Assembly: GCA_046262075.1 (NCBI GenBank)
Contig: JBHENL010000104.1
Location: forward strand, 1 to 36,597
DNA: 36,597 nt
Source: Gemmatimonadota bacterium
GTDB lineage: Bacteria > Gemmatimonadota > Gemmatimonadetes > JACCXV01
Direction of reading: 5' to 3'
In this document: positions 9,995 to 18,878 of the stretch, one piece after another
Numbering within the stretch: the first letter of the stretch is position 1
How the letters are laid out: each line of letters begins with the position of its first letter
Program-made: the position numbers and the translations under genes
Notes under the pieces: generated by a model
Told to the model about the DNA's origin: nothing
The model's input: only the letters and a program-made list of their open reading frames with translations
The model's database searches: none

Positions 9995-12784
9995 GTGCCG
10001 CCGCCCGCCGGCGCGACCGCCCGGCTCGAGCCCTACGCCGCCGCCTCGCTCCCCCGCTCCACCGCGCCCGCCGCGGCGAGCGCCGCGGCGTACGCGGACG
10101 AGGTCGCCTCCCTGCTCTTCGACCTGCTGCTGGACGTGCTGCGCATCCACGCGCCCGCCGTCGAAGCGCTGTGGCGCGGCGAGCCCGCGCCGGAGCACGC
10201 GCCTCCCGATCTGACGCCACGGCTCCTGCAGGCGCAGGGGATCTGGTTCCAGCTGCTCTCGATCGTGGAGCAGAACGCGGCGATGCGCCGCCGGCGCCAG
10301 ACGGAGGCCGAGCGCGGGCCCGCCGCGTTGCGCGGCACGCTGGCACAGGTGGTCGCCGCCGCCGCCGCGGAGGGAGTGGGCGCCGACGAGATGCGGACCC
10401 TCCTGAAACGCCTGCGTGTCAGGCCCGTCCTCACCGCGCACCCCACGGAAGCCAAGCGCGTGACCGTCCTCGAACGCCACCGGCGCATCTACCGCCGGCT
10501 CGTGGACCTGGAGTCGCCGCGCTGGACGCCTCGCGAGCGCCGGGAGCGGATCGCCGCGCTGCGCGGCGAGATCGAGCTCCTCTGGCTCACCGCGGAGCTG
10601 CGGCTGGAGCGGCCGACCGTCCAGCAGGAGGTGGCGTGGGGTCTGCACTTCTTCCAGGAGACGCTCTTCGGCAGCGTGCCGGCCGTGCTGCGCACGCTCG
10701 AGGAGGCGCTCGAAGCCGCCTGGCCTGCCGAGCGCTTCGACGTTCCCGCCTTCTTTCAGTTCGGCTCCTGGATCGGGGGCGACCGCGACGGCAATCCCTT
10801 CGTCACGAACGCGGTCACGCGCGGCACCGTGCGCGAGAACCGGCTCGCCAGCCTGGCGCGCTACCGCGAGCGACTGCTCCAGCTCCTGCGCGCGCTGTCG
10901 GTCACCGAGCGAGCCACTCCCGTGCCCGCGGCGTTCCGGGAGGCGCTCGCGCGTGCGCTGGAGGCGAGCGGCGACGCCGCGGGCATCGCGGCACGCAACC
11001 CCGGCGAGATCTTCCGGCAGTTCCTCGCGTGCTCCCTGCGCCGTCTCGACGCGACGCTCGCTCTCGCCGGCGGCGGCGCCCCCGCCGGAGACGGCGAGCC
11101 GTACCGCGGCGCGGACGAGCTTGCGGCCGAGCTCCGCGCCGTGGAGGAGGCGCTCGCGGGAATCGGCAGCGGCGCCCTGGCGATCTCGCTCGTGCGACCC
11201 CTGCGCCGGGAGGTCGAGACCTTCTCGTTCAGCACGGTGCGGCTGGACCTGCGCGAGAACGCCGCGCGGGTGCACGCGGCCCTCGTCGAGCTCTGGCGCG
11301 CCAGGACCGGGGCCGACGGTGAGCCTCCGGGAACGGGGACGCCGGCATGGGAGGCGTGGCTGTCCAGCGAGCTGGCACGGCCCCGCTCCGGCGCTCGACC
11401 GGCGCCCGTCCTCTCCACTGCCGCCGGGGAGACCCTCGGTCTCTTCCGCCTCGTGAGCGAGGTTCGCGCGGAGGTGGACCGGGAGGCCTTCGGCACCTTC
11501 ATCCTCAGCATGACCCGCGACGTGGACGACGTCCTCGGCGTCTACCTGCTCGCGAAGGAGGCCGGTCTCTTCGCCGACGCCGCGGGGGTCGAGAGCTGCA
11601 CGCTGCCGATCGTGCCGCTCTTCGAGTCCATCGACGACCTCCGTCGCGCGCCCGAGGTGATGCGGCGCCTCCTGCAGATTCCCCTCGTCCGGCGCAGCGT
11701 GCGCGCGCAGGGCGGCGTGCAGGAGGTCATGATCGGCTACTCGGACTCGAACAAGGACGGGGGGTTCCTGACCTCGAACTGGGAGCTCTCGCGGGCCCAG
11801 CTGCAGCTCACGCGGCTGGGCGACGAGTGCGGCGTCCCGATTGCGTTCTTCCACGGCCGCGGCGGTTCCGTGAGCCGCGGGGGGGCGCCCACCGGACGCG
11901 CGATCGCGGCGCAGCCGGCGGGCTCCGTGCGCGGCCGGTTGCGGATCACCGAGCAGGGGGAGGTGGTCACGTTCAAGTACGCGAACCGCGGGACGGCCGC
12001 CTACCAGATCGAGCTGCTCGCGGCCAGCGTGGTGGAGCACGCGCTGCGCTCGGAACGCGAGCAGGCTTTCGTCCGCGTCGGGGAGTTCGAGGAGGCGCTG
12101 GAGGCGCTCTCCGGGGCGGCGCACGCCGCCTATCGCGGCCTGATCGAGCACCCCGCTCTCGTGGCCTACGTGCAGGCCGCCAGCCCGCTCGAGGAGATCG
12201 CGCTCCTGAACATCGGCTCGCGTCCGGCGCGGCGGACGGGTGCTCGCACGCTCGACGACCTGCGAGCCATCCCGTGGGTCTTCGCGTGGTCCCAGAACCG
12301 CCACGTGATCCCCGGGTGGTACGGCGTGGGCACCGGCCTCGCCACGTTCGTCGAGGTGCGCGGTGCCGCGGGCGAGGACCTCCTGCGGAGGATGTTCGAG
12401 CGCTCCCGGATCTTCCGTCTGATCCTCGACGAGGTCGAGAAGACGCTCGCGCAGGTCGATCTCGATGCGGCGCGGGAGTTCGCGGATCTGGTGGCGGACG
12501 CCGACGTGCGGGAGGCGATCTTCGGGAGGATCGAGGAGGAGTACCGGCGCACCGTCGCGAGCGTGCTGCGGGTGAGCGGGGGCGCGTTGCTCGCGGAGCG
12601 TTTCCCCCGCTTCCGGCGCCGCCTCGAGCGCCGGCTCGCCACCCTGAGCCAGGTGAGCCACAGGCAGGTCGAGCTGCTCCGGTCCTTCCGAGCCGCGGGA
12701 GACGAGGCGAGTCGAGAGCGGCACCTGGCGGCGCTGCTGCTCTCGATCAACTGCACCGCCGCGGGGCTCGGCGCCACGGGCTGA
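9995..12784 (+). CDS. ppc: Phosphoenolpyruvate carboxylase
   Basis: VLTAHPTE, GSWIGGDRDGNP, QEVMIGYSDSNKDGG, FHGRGGSVSRGG, LRAIPWVFAWSQNR, C-terminal AAGLGATG. GTG start 1 nt after the upstream stop. Confidence 0.96.
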   Translation: MPPPAGATARLEPYAAASLPRSTAPAAASAAAYADEVASLLFDLLLDVLRIHAPAVEALWRGEPAPEHAPPDLTPRLLQAQGIWFQLLSIVEQNAAMRRRRQTEAERGPAALRGTLAQVVAAAAAEGVGADEMRTLLKRLRVRPVLTAHPTEAKRVTVLERHRRIYRRLVDLESPRWTPRERRERIAALRGEIELLWLTAELRLERPTVQQEVAWGLHFFQETLFGSVPAVLRTLEEALEAAWPAERFDVPAFFQFGSWIGGDRDGNPFVTNAVTRGTVRENRLASLARYRERLLQLLRALSVTERATPVPAAFREALARALEASGDAAGIAARNPGEIFRQFLACSLRRLDATLALAGGGAPAGDGEPYRGADELAAELRAVEEALAGIGSGALAISLVRPLRREVETFSFSTVRLDLRENAARVHAALVELWRARTGADGEPPGTGTPAWEAWLSSELARPRSGARPAPVLSTAAGETLGLFRLVSEVRAEVDREAFGTFILSMTRDVDDVLGVYLLAKEAGLFADAAGVESCTLPIVPLFESIDDLRRAPEVMRRLLQIPLVRRSVRAQGGVQEVMIGYSDSNKDGGFLTSNWELSRAQLQLTRLGDECGVPIAFFHGRGGSVSRGGAPTGRAIAAQPAGSVRGRLRITEQGEVVTFKYANRGTAAYQIELLAASVVEHALRSEREQAFVRVGEFEEALEALSGAAHAAYRGLIEHPALVAYVQAASPLEEIALLNIGSRPARRTGARTLDDLRAIPWVFAWSQNRHVIPGWYGVGTGLATFVEVRGAAGEDLLRRMFERSRIFRLILDEVEKTLAQVDLDAAREFADLVADADVREAIFGRIEEEYRRTVASVLRVSGGALLAERFPRFRRRLERRLATLSQVSHRQVELLRSFRAAGDEASRERHLAALLLSINCTAAGLGATG

Positions 12785-12796
12785 GACCGCCCGCCA

Positions 12797-12821
12797 CCGC
12801 CCGGGTCCGTGACCCGGGTGG
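12797..12821. terminator. Hairpin between convergent ppc and lipoprotein genes
   Basis: CCGCCCGGGTC-CGT-GACCCGGGTGG; no U-tract. Confidence 0.4.
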
Positions 12822-12855
12822 CTGCCGGAAGGCTGCGCGGGCGATCGCGCCGGGG

Positions 12856-13491
12856 CTAGCGCACCTGGATGTTCCCCTGCTCCACCGCGTGCGGTCCGAA
12901 CCTGGGGTTCGGCACGGCAGGGCTGTCGCAGAAGGCCTCGTTCGCCGCCTCGTCTCCCAACCCGAACAGCGTGCTCAGGTCCGGCGGGCTCTTCGCTCCC
13001 TCCCCGTTGTCGATGGACTGGAACCAGGCGAACGTCCCCACCGGAACGGTCGGATCGTTCGTCTTCTCGATCGGTCCCCCCCACTTGGCGCGGTTCTGCG
13101 TCATGGGCGGGATGTCTTCGAAGCGCTCGAGTACGGGCGTGTCGTAGACCCGAAAGCACGTCACGCTTCCCTTGTACGTATACGGTACCCCCGCCGTCCC
13201 GTGGTCCGTCTGCTCGTAGTTGAAGGATCCCGTGACGGTGCCGTCGGCCGCCCGCTTCGCCTGGAACGTCAGCCGATTGTCGACCGCGCCCCCGAAGATC
13301 CCGCCGTTGAAGTCAGCGGGGATCGTGAACTTGAACCCGCCGCTCGCCATGTTGACGAAGCGCCCGGCCTGCACGGCCTCGCGCCCGCCCGCGGCGCTTT
13401 CGCTGGGTGAGGTGACCAGCTCGGACTCGGACGAGCAACCCAGCACGGCCAGGCTGCCCACGACTGCCAGCGCACGTCGTGTCACGCTCAT
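12856..13491 (-). CDS. Hypothetical lipoprotein (beta-rich domain with DNGEG and C-terminal GNIQVR motifs)
   Basis: AAGGAG RBS and ATG 13491; lipobox MSVTRRALAVVGSLAVLG-C; two further Cys (possible disulfide). Confidence 0.75.
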   Translation of the reverse strand: MSVTRRALAVVGSLAVLGCSSESELVTSPSESAAGGREAVQAGRFVNMASGGFKFTIPADFNGGIFGGAVDNRLTFQAKRAADGTVTGSFNYEQTDHGTAGVPYTYKGSVTCFRVYDTPVLERFEDIPPMTQNRAKWGGPIEKTNDPTVPVGTFAWFQSIDNGEGAKSPPDLSTLFGLGDEAANEAFCDSPAVPNPRFGPHAVEQGNIQVR

Positions 13492-13915
13492 GAGGCGCTC
13501 CTTCTGGAAGGATGGTGAGGCGCGCCGGCGGGTCACGGGCCACCGCGCGCGTGGGGGATCGGACCGCAGCCGAGTCCCGAAGCGACGGTGGCATGGAGTC
13601 GCGGAAACGTCTTGAACGATCGGAACGCGCTGGAACGCGATTAGCCTGCGGCAGAGCTGGCAGGCGGATCCCAACGGACGAGAGCCGCGGGCTGGGATGG
13701 CCCGCGGCTCTTGGCTTGGACGGCGCGTGCGCCGGAGACGAGGCGCGGCCTGGTGGCGGCGCAGGCTCGAGGCTGACGGCCCGCCCTCCGGGGAGGGGTA
13801 GGTGGACCGCAGGGATCTCTCCTGCTGCCGCCGGCAGATCCGCGCAAGCCAACGCTGCCCTTCGCGATCCGGCCGCGAGATCGGCCGCCGGACGGATCGG
13901 GGTCGGTCTTTCGAG

Positions 13916-14098
13916 CTACTCCGTCCGGCGGCGCCTGGGCCGCGCCACCAGCTCCCCGCCTCAGTTGGGACAGACGCGACTCAGCGCCTCGGCGCAGCGA
14001 GCGCAGAACGTGCACTCGAAGCTGCAGATGAAGGCGGGCCCCGCGGCGTCCAGGGACGCCTCACACCTCTCGCAACTGGACCGCATCTCGAAGGCCAT
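13916..14098 (-). CDS. DUF1272-family Cys-rich small protein with in-frame TGA at codon 46 (candidate selenoprotein, 60 aa)
   Basis: RBS GAAGGTG and ATG 14098: MAFEMRSSCERCEASLDAAGPAFICSFECTFCARCAEALSRVCPN-[TGA 13963-13961]-GGELVARPRRRRTE-TAG. Recalled family pattern is ICSFECTFC..C....CPNCGGELVxRP. Confidence 0.8.
13925..13963 (-). promoter_or_regulatory. Putative bacterial SECIS element
   Basis: UGA + GGCGGGGAG + stem CUGGUGGCGC / loop GGCCCAG / stem GCGCCGCCGG. The stem is 10 bp including two G-U pairs; the loop starts with GG, 19 nt after UGA. Confidence 0.5.
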
Positions 14099-14133
14099 CG
14101 CCGTTCTCACCTTCCCATTCGACTGCGTCCAGG

Positions 14134-14655
14134 TCAGCGGCTCGCAGTGCGGGGATCGTCCGTCGGATCGACGTAGGTGAGCTTCCAGGGCCCCATCGCG
14201 TGCACCTGGATGACGGTTTCCCCCCGCGACGACAGGAAGTGGACCGTGCCGGCCGGCATGACAGCAAAGCCGCCCGCGGGGAGCGCCGTGCCCCGGCTCT
14301 CGTCGAATTCGTCCCCGAGCCCCATCACCGCCGTGCCAGAGATCACCGTCACGTGCTCGTCGGCAGCATGGTAGTGTGGCTGGACACGGTAGCCGTCGGG
14401 GACCCGAAGACGCATCGTGAAGAGACCCGGCTCCGCCGGATCGCCACGGATGATCGCCATGCGAGCACCCTGCGGCAGGGCCGAGGGTCCCGGCTGCCAT
14501 TCGAGCGTTGCCGGCAGGACGAAGGCGTGCTCCGAGATCCCACCGCCCTCCGGACGTCCCTCGGGGACGTCGCGTGCCGGAGAGGCTTGCTGGGCCTGCG
14601 AGCTTCCGGCGTGAAGGGCCGTACAGAGGACGCCGGCAAGGACGAGACGCTTCAT
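14134..14655 (-). CDS. Secreted cupin-domain protein (DUF4437-like)
   Basis: AAGGAG RBS; signal peptide MKRLVLAGVLCTALHAGSSQA; cupin motifs PHYHAADEHVTVISG and MPAGTVHF. Confidence 0.85.
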   Translation of the reverse strand: MKRLVLAGVLCTALHAGSSQAQQASPARDVPEGRPEGGGISEHAFVLPATLEWQPGPSALPQGARMAIIRGDPAEPGLFTMRLRVPDGYRVQPHYHAADEHVTVISGTAVMGLGDEFDESRGTALPAGGFAVMPAGTVHFLSSRGETVIQVHAMGPWKLTYVDPTDDPRTASR

Positions 14656-14729
14656 CGGTATCGCTCCTTTGGAAGGTCCGGGATCTCTGCTGGTTTCTAC
14701 GTCGCTCGCTCCCGTGAGGCAACATTCCC

Positions 14730-16298
14730 GTGACGCTGCGGCAGGACCACCGGGCGGCAGGTTCGCCGGCGAGCCTCTGCGCGCCATGGACGGCCGCCTT
14801 CGGGCTGCTCGTGGCCGGGGGCGTCCTGCTGCGGGTGGTTGATCTGGGTCACTTGCCGGGGGTCAACGGGGACGAGGCGTGGTACGGCGTGCAGATGCAG
14901 CGCCTCGCGGCCGGGGAGCCCGTGGACTGGCGCACCCCGACGGGGAACCTGATGGGCCCGCTGCAAGCGGGGCCGCTGCTTCTCCTGCAGCTCGCCTTCC
15001 CGCCCTCGATCGCTCTCCTGCGCTGGCCTGCCGTCCTCTCCGGGCTGGCCATGATCGCGCTGGCGGGTCTCGTGCTCGGACGTCGCTTCGGCGGCACGAC
15101 CGGCTGGATCGCCACCTCGCTGGCGGCCGCCCTGCCGGTGGCGATCGCCTACTCCCGCTTCGGCTGGGACGCCAGTCACTCGGGTGCTCTCGCGCTCGTG
15201 GCGCTGCAGGCGGCTCTCGCCACGCGCGTGGTAGGCGTGGCGCTCCTGTTCCTGCTGCTCCTCTGGGTGCACCCCACGAACGTCTTCCTCGCACCCTTCC
15301 TGATCTTCGCGATGCTCGGCGCCGCCCGCGAGCGCTGGGGCCTGCGCCGGGTGCTGCCCCGCGCCGCGGTGCTCGTCGCGCTGCTGGCCGCCGGGACGAC
15401 GGTGCTGCGCTTCACCACGTCCGGAGCCAGTCCCGCGCCGGCGGCGGCCGAAGTTCTCGGCCGCGCCCTCTCCGGAGCGGAGTGGACGAGCTTCGCGCGC
15501 CACCTGACGCGCTTCGTCACGGGCGACGCGACCCACGCGTACGTGGTCGGATCGGCGTTCTCCCCGTGGCCCACCGGCGCGGACCTGGCGGCGGCCGGCG
15601 CCCTGGTCGCGGCCGCCGCGTTCGCGCTGGCCCTGACCGTGAGAGAGGGGCTCTCCGCCACAACGGGTATGGCCGTCGGGCTCGCGGTCGCCCTGGCTGG
15701 CTTCGGGGTCGGGGTGGGAAGTTGGGGCTTGGCGCCGCACACGGAGCGCTACGGCCTCTGGCTCGTGGCGCCGCTCGTCTCGGTGATGGCGGTGCTCGCC
15801 GGAAGGGCGGCAGCGGAGCGGGCGCGACCGGTGGTGCTCGGCGCGAGTGCGGTCGCCGCGCTGCTCCTCCTGCTCCACGCGCAGCAGGGCTACCTGGGCG
15901 CGCTGCGGGAGACGGGCAGCCGCTCGCACCCCACGTTCTGGAGCGGCCCGCAGGAGCCGAAGGCCCTCGCCGTGCGCGCCATCCTGCGCGACGCGCGCGG
16001 GCGGCGCCCCCTGCGGATCGTCGCCGACAGCTGGTGGACTCTCTGGCCGGCGCGCTATCTCACGCACGGAGAGGCGGACGTAAAGGTCGTACCCTTCGAG
16101 GAGCCGCTCGGGGCCGCGGCCGGCGGCGTCACCTACCTGCTGGGGTTTCCGGACGGCGAATTCGAGGGCTGGGGCGCCGGCCGGGCATTCGACGTGCCGG
16201 GTACCGGCCGCCCGGCGGCGCTTCGCGTGTGGCGCCTGGCGACTCCCACCCAACCGCAGGGATCGCAGCCGCGAGCTGAAGAGGCCACGGGGCTCTGA
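14730..16298 (+). CDS. Polytopic GT-C fold glycosyltransferase (PMT/ArnT-like)
   Basis: TM1 followed by the loop LGHLPGVNGDEAWYG (DE motif), about a dozen hydrophobic segments, YSRFGW, HPT and ERY motifs. Confidence 0.65.
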   Translation: MTLRQDHRAAGSPASLCAPWTAAFGLLVAGGVLLRVVDLGHLPGVNGDEAWYGVQMQRLAAGEPVDWRTPTGNLMGPLQAGPLLLLQLAFPPSIALLRWPAVLSGLAMIALAGLVLGRRFGGTTGWIATSLAAALPVAIAYSRFGWDASHSGALALVALQAALATRVVGVALLFLLLLWVHPTNVFLAPFLIFAMLGAARERWGLRRVLPRAAVLVALLAAGTTVLRFTTSGASPAPAAAEVLGRALSGAEWTSFARHLTRFVTGDATHAYVVGSAFSPWPTGADLAAAGALVAAAAFALALTVREGLSATTGMAVGLAVALAGFGVGVGSWGLAPHTERYGLWLVAPLVSVMAVLAGRAAAERARPVVLGASAVAALLLLLHAQQGYLGALRETGSRSHPTFWSGPQEPKALAVRAILRDARGRRPLRIVADSWWTLWPARYLTHGEADVKVVPFEEPLGAAAGGVTYLLGFPDGEFEGWGAGRAFDVPGTGRPAALRVWRLATPTQPQGSQPRAEEATGL

Positions 16299-16487
16299 GC
16301 TCCGCGGCCTCTCGGCTGCCCGTTGACGCTATCGATCGCGCCTATGGGCGCCGGGATTCTGTCGAGAGCTCCCGGCACCGAAGGTGCATATTACCCCGAT
16401 CGATTCTCCGTGAGCACGTCGGTCGAACCCACGTACCCGCTCGGCGACGCGCCATCGGCCATCCCTCGACGAGGCGGGAGGCACGCC

Positions 16488-17876
16488 ATGCGCAGCATCC
16501 TGGGGATTCTCGCGGCAGGCTCGATCTGCTGGGCCCTGCTCGTGGCCTGTGACGACGATGCCGATCCGGGCGGTCCGAACGGCCCTCGAGATCCGGTGAT
16601 CACGAACGTGAGCCCCTCCGAGGCGGTGGCTGGACAGACCGTGACCATCACCGGCTCGAACTTCGGGTTCGACGCGAGCCTCGTAGCCGTCACGTTCGAC
16701 GCTATCATCGGGCCGATCGTCTCCGTCTCGTCCAACACGATCGTCGCCGTGGTCCCCTCTTCGCTGCCACCGGGCGCGACGACGCTCCGCGTCTCCGTCT
16801 CGGGCGCCTCCACCACGGCGAGCGCCACGATCACGATCGTCGAGCCGCCCCGACCGGTCATCAGCGGGTTCGATCCCGACACGGCCGTGGCCGGAGACAC
16901 TCTCACGATCCTGGGACAGGACTTCGGGGAGAGCGTCGGAGAGACCAGCGTCACCATCGGCGGAGCGCCGGCCCAGATTCTCTCCGTGACCAATGCCGCC
17001 ACCGTCGTGGCGATCCCCGGTACGCTGAGCGGTACGGTCGCCGTGGTCGTGACCGTGCTGGGCCAGGCCTCGGCGCCCCGGACGCTGACGGTGGTAGCGA
17101 GGGGTCCCTCCTCGGCGGGTGCCGTCTTCGGCAGGGTGACGAGTGTGGCGACCGGCCAGGCGATCGGCGGTGCCGAGGTCACGACGCGCCCGGCGACGGC
17201 GAGCGTCCTCACCGACGCCGAGGGGAACTACCGGATCGAGGATGTCGGCCCGGGCACGTTCTCGGTCACGGCCGTCAAAGAGGGGTTCGACTCGGCTACC
17301 GTGCAGGTGACCGTTGCGGCAGGCGAATCGACGATGGCGGATCTGGCTTTGAGGCCGCTGGGCCAGAGCACGATCTTCGGCCGCGTCACGAATGCCTCCA
17401 CGGAAGCCGGTATCGGCGGCGCGCAGGTCACCCTCAGCGTCATCGCCGACACGATCCCTGTCATCGGAGACACGATCCCGATCGCGTCCGATCTCACCGA
17501 CGGCCTCGGGAACTATCGAATCGAGAACGTGAGCCCCGGCACGTACGTCCTGACCGCGCGGGCGAACGGCTTCGCCTCGCTCTCGGTCGAGGTGACCGCC
17601 GTGGCCGGTCAGCTCGTGTTCGTGAACTTTCCGCTCACGCCCGCCACGGCGGCGGTGACCGTTCGCGAAGCCGTGCTGGCCATGTGGTCCGGTCCCCGGG
17701 CCGACCGCAGCCCCACGCGACCCTGGAGGGCCGATCGGCAGGCACGGGGCGTCGGGAGCGCCAGACGACGGAAACGGCCCGGGTCGCAGAAGCAGGGAGG
17801 CCCTGCAGGCGGAACGCCTTGCAGGGCCTCGGGTCGAGTGGTGGAGCTGATCGGGCTCGAACCGACGACCTCCTGA
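16488..17876 (+). CDS. Lipoprotein with two IPT/TIG and two carboxypeptidase-regulatory-like domains (3' end doubtful)
   Basis: GGGAGG RBS; lipobox LLVA-C. PVITNVSP..TVTITGSNFG and PVISGFDP..TLTILGQDFG; FGRVT...TDAEGNYRI..PGTF and FGRVT...TDGLGNYRI..PGTY. 21-nt tandem duplication at 17439-17480. The tail reads into the tRNA. Confidence 0.8.
   Translation: MRSILGILAAGSICWALLVACDDDADPGGPNGPRDPVITNVSPSEAVAGQTVTITGSNFGFDASLVAVTFDAIIGPIVSVSSNTIVAVVPSSLPPGATTLRVSVSGASTTASATITIVEPPRPVISGFDPDTAVAGDTLTILGQDFGESVGETSVTIGGAPAQILSVTNAATVVAIPGTLSGTVAVVVTVLGQASAPRTLTVVARGPSSAGAVFGRVTSVATGQAIGGAEVTTRPATASVLTDAEGNYRIEDVGPGTFSVTAVKEGFDSATVQVTVAAGESTMADLALRPLGQSTIFGRVTNASTEAGIGGAQVTLSVIADTIPVIGDTIPIASDLTDGLGNYRIENVSPGTYVLTARANGFASLSVEVTAVAGQLVFVNFPLTPATAAVTVREAVLAMWSGPRADRSPTRPWRADRQARGVGSARRRKRPGSQKQGGPAGGTPCRASGRVVELIGLEPTTS
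17797..17830. terminator. Hairpin immediately downstream of tRNA-Ala
   Basis: GAGGCCCTGCAGGCG-GAA-CGCCT(T)GCAGGGCCTC, 8 nt beyond the tRNA CCA. Confidence 0.55.
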
Positions 17877-17914
17877 GTGCGATTCAGGCGCTCTCCCAGC
17901 TGAGCTACAGCCCC
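17839..17914 (-). tRNA. tRNA-Ala(CGC)
   Basis: GGGGCTGTAGCTCAGCTGGGAGAGCGCCTGAATCGCACTCAGGAGGTCGTCGGTTCGAGCCCGATCAGCTCCACCA: 76 nt, G3:U70 pair, anticodon CGC, encoded CCA. Confidence 0.97.
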
Positions 17915-17967
17915 GTTCAGGAGTGCAAGCTAAGCGCTCTCGGCCGCCCGCTCAAGCCGCGGGCTCC

Positions 17968-18759
17968 TCAGTCCGCGGGGCCCTGCCCTTCGCCGAGTTG
18001 CGCCTCGAGCCCGTGCAGCAGTCCCATCAGGAAGAGGAAGGTCCCCGCCACCTCCAGCCCCTCCTCCACGAGCACTTCCAGCCGGTACATCGTCAGGTGG
18101 CCGGCCGCCCACATCGGCGCGCCGAGCAGGACCTCGAGGAGCAGGGCCGCGGCCCACGCTCCGAACCCGAGCACGAAGCAGTTCGAGCAGCTGCGCAGCA
18201 GCACCGGGTTTCCACGCAGCGCGATGGCGAAGCCCCAGGCCAGAAGGGCCAGCACGGGCAACGCGAAGAACACCCAGACGCGCGCGGCGGGAGCGATCTC
18301 GACCTCCATCAACGCGTTCACGATCCGGTGTGCGACCATGCGGTCGAGCAGCTCGTGCAGCCTCCCCGTCTCGTCCATGGACAGGTAGAGGAAGAGCAGC
18401 GCTGCGATCGAGGGCAGGAGCCTCTCGCGCGCGGTCTGCCGGCGGGAGGCGAGCACGACGGCCGCCGCCGCCAGCGCGCAGAGAAGCAACAGCGAGCTCG
18501 AGAACCAGGTGGCGAGGTTCGCCTCGTCGTCCAGGTCCACGTAGGGATAGAAGTAGTTCAGTGCCGGCGTTGCGAATGGATCGGGGACCAGGAGGATCAG
18601 GACGGCGTAGGGCAACGCGCAGAGGACCAAGTATGCCGCGGGAACGACGCGCAGGATCCAGCGCCGGAGACGGCGGATGAGCTCGGCCATCCGGGGGCGA
18701 CTCGGCGCGGCGAGGCTCTCGGAGCCCTGGCGCTCGGACACCGCGCGCGGGTCGGTCAT
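17968..18759 (-). CDS. Conserved hypothetical multi-pass membrane protein
   Basis: About six TM segments with motifs DLDDEANLATWFSS, SMDE...LHE and VEEGLEVAG. Confidence 0.75.
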   Translation of the reverse strand: MTDPRAVSERQGSESLAAPSRPRMAELIRRLRRWILRVVPAAYLVLCALPYAVLILLVPDPFATPALNYFYPYVDLDDEANLATWFSSSLLLLCALAAAAVVLASRRQTARERLLPSIAALLFLYLSMDETGRLHELLDRMVAHRIVNALMEVEIAPAARVWVFFALPVLALLAWGFAIALRGNPVLLRSCSNCFVLGFGAWAAALLLEVLLGAPMWAAGHLTMYRLEVLVEEGLEVAGTFLFLMGLLHGLEAQLGEGQGPAD

Positions 18760-18878
18760 CGTCCCGGGAGCAACGTCACCGGACGTCTCCTGGACGCGAT
18801 CGCCTCTATAGAAACTACACGAAGTCCGCGGTGACAAACCAAGCCGTGACCGCAGCTTGCCCGCTTCGATAAAAACTG

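Noticed and set aside
9365-13159. 1264-aa minus-strand ORF and similar long Arg/Ala/Pro-rich ORFs (e.g. 2934-4994, 11347-13410, 25119-27377)
   Set aside because: They overlap well-supported genes in other frames or strands and show no domain motifs.
13588-13603. sigma54-like TGGCATGG..GC (also TGGCGCGG..GC at 4431)
   Set aside because: The GG-to-GC spacing is off by one; the 13588 site is also on the wrong strand for the adjacent gene.
13961-14725. 254-aa ORF ending at the DUF1272 TGA
   Set aside because: The first ~209 codons are mostly an off-frame read of the cupin gene; the RBS-supported start is 14098.
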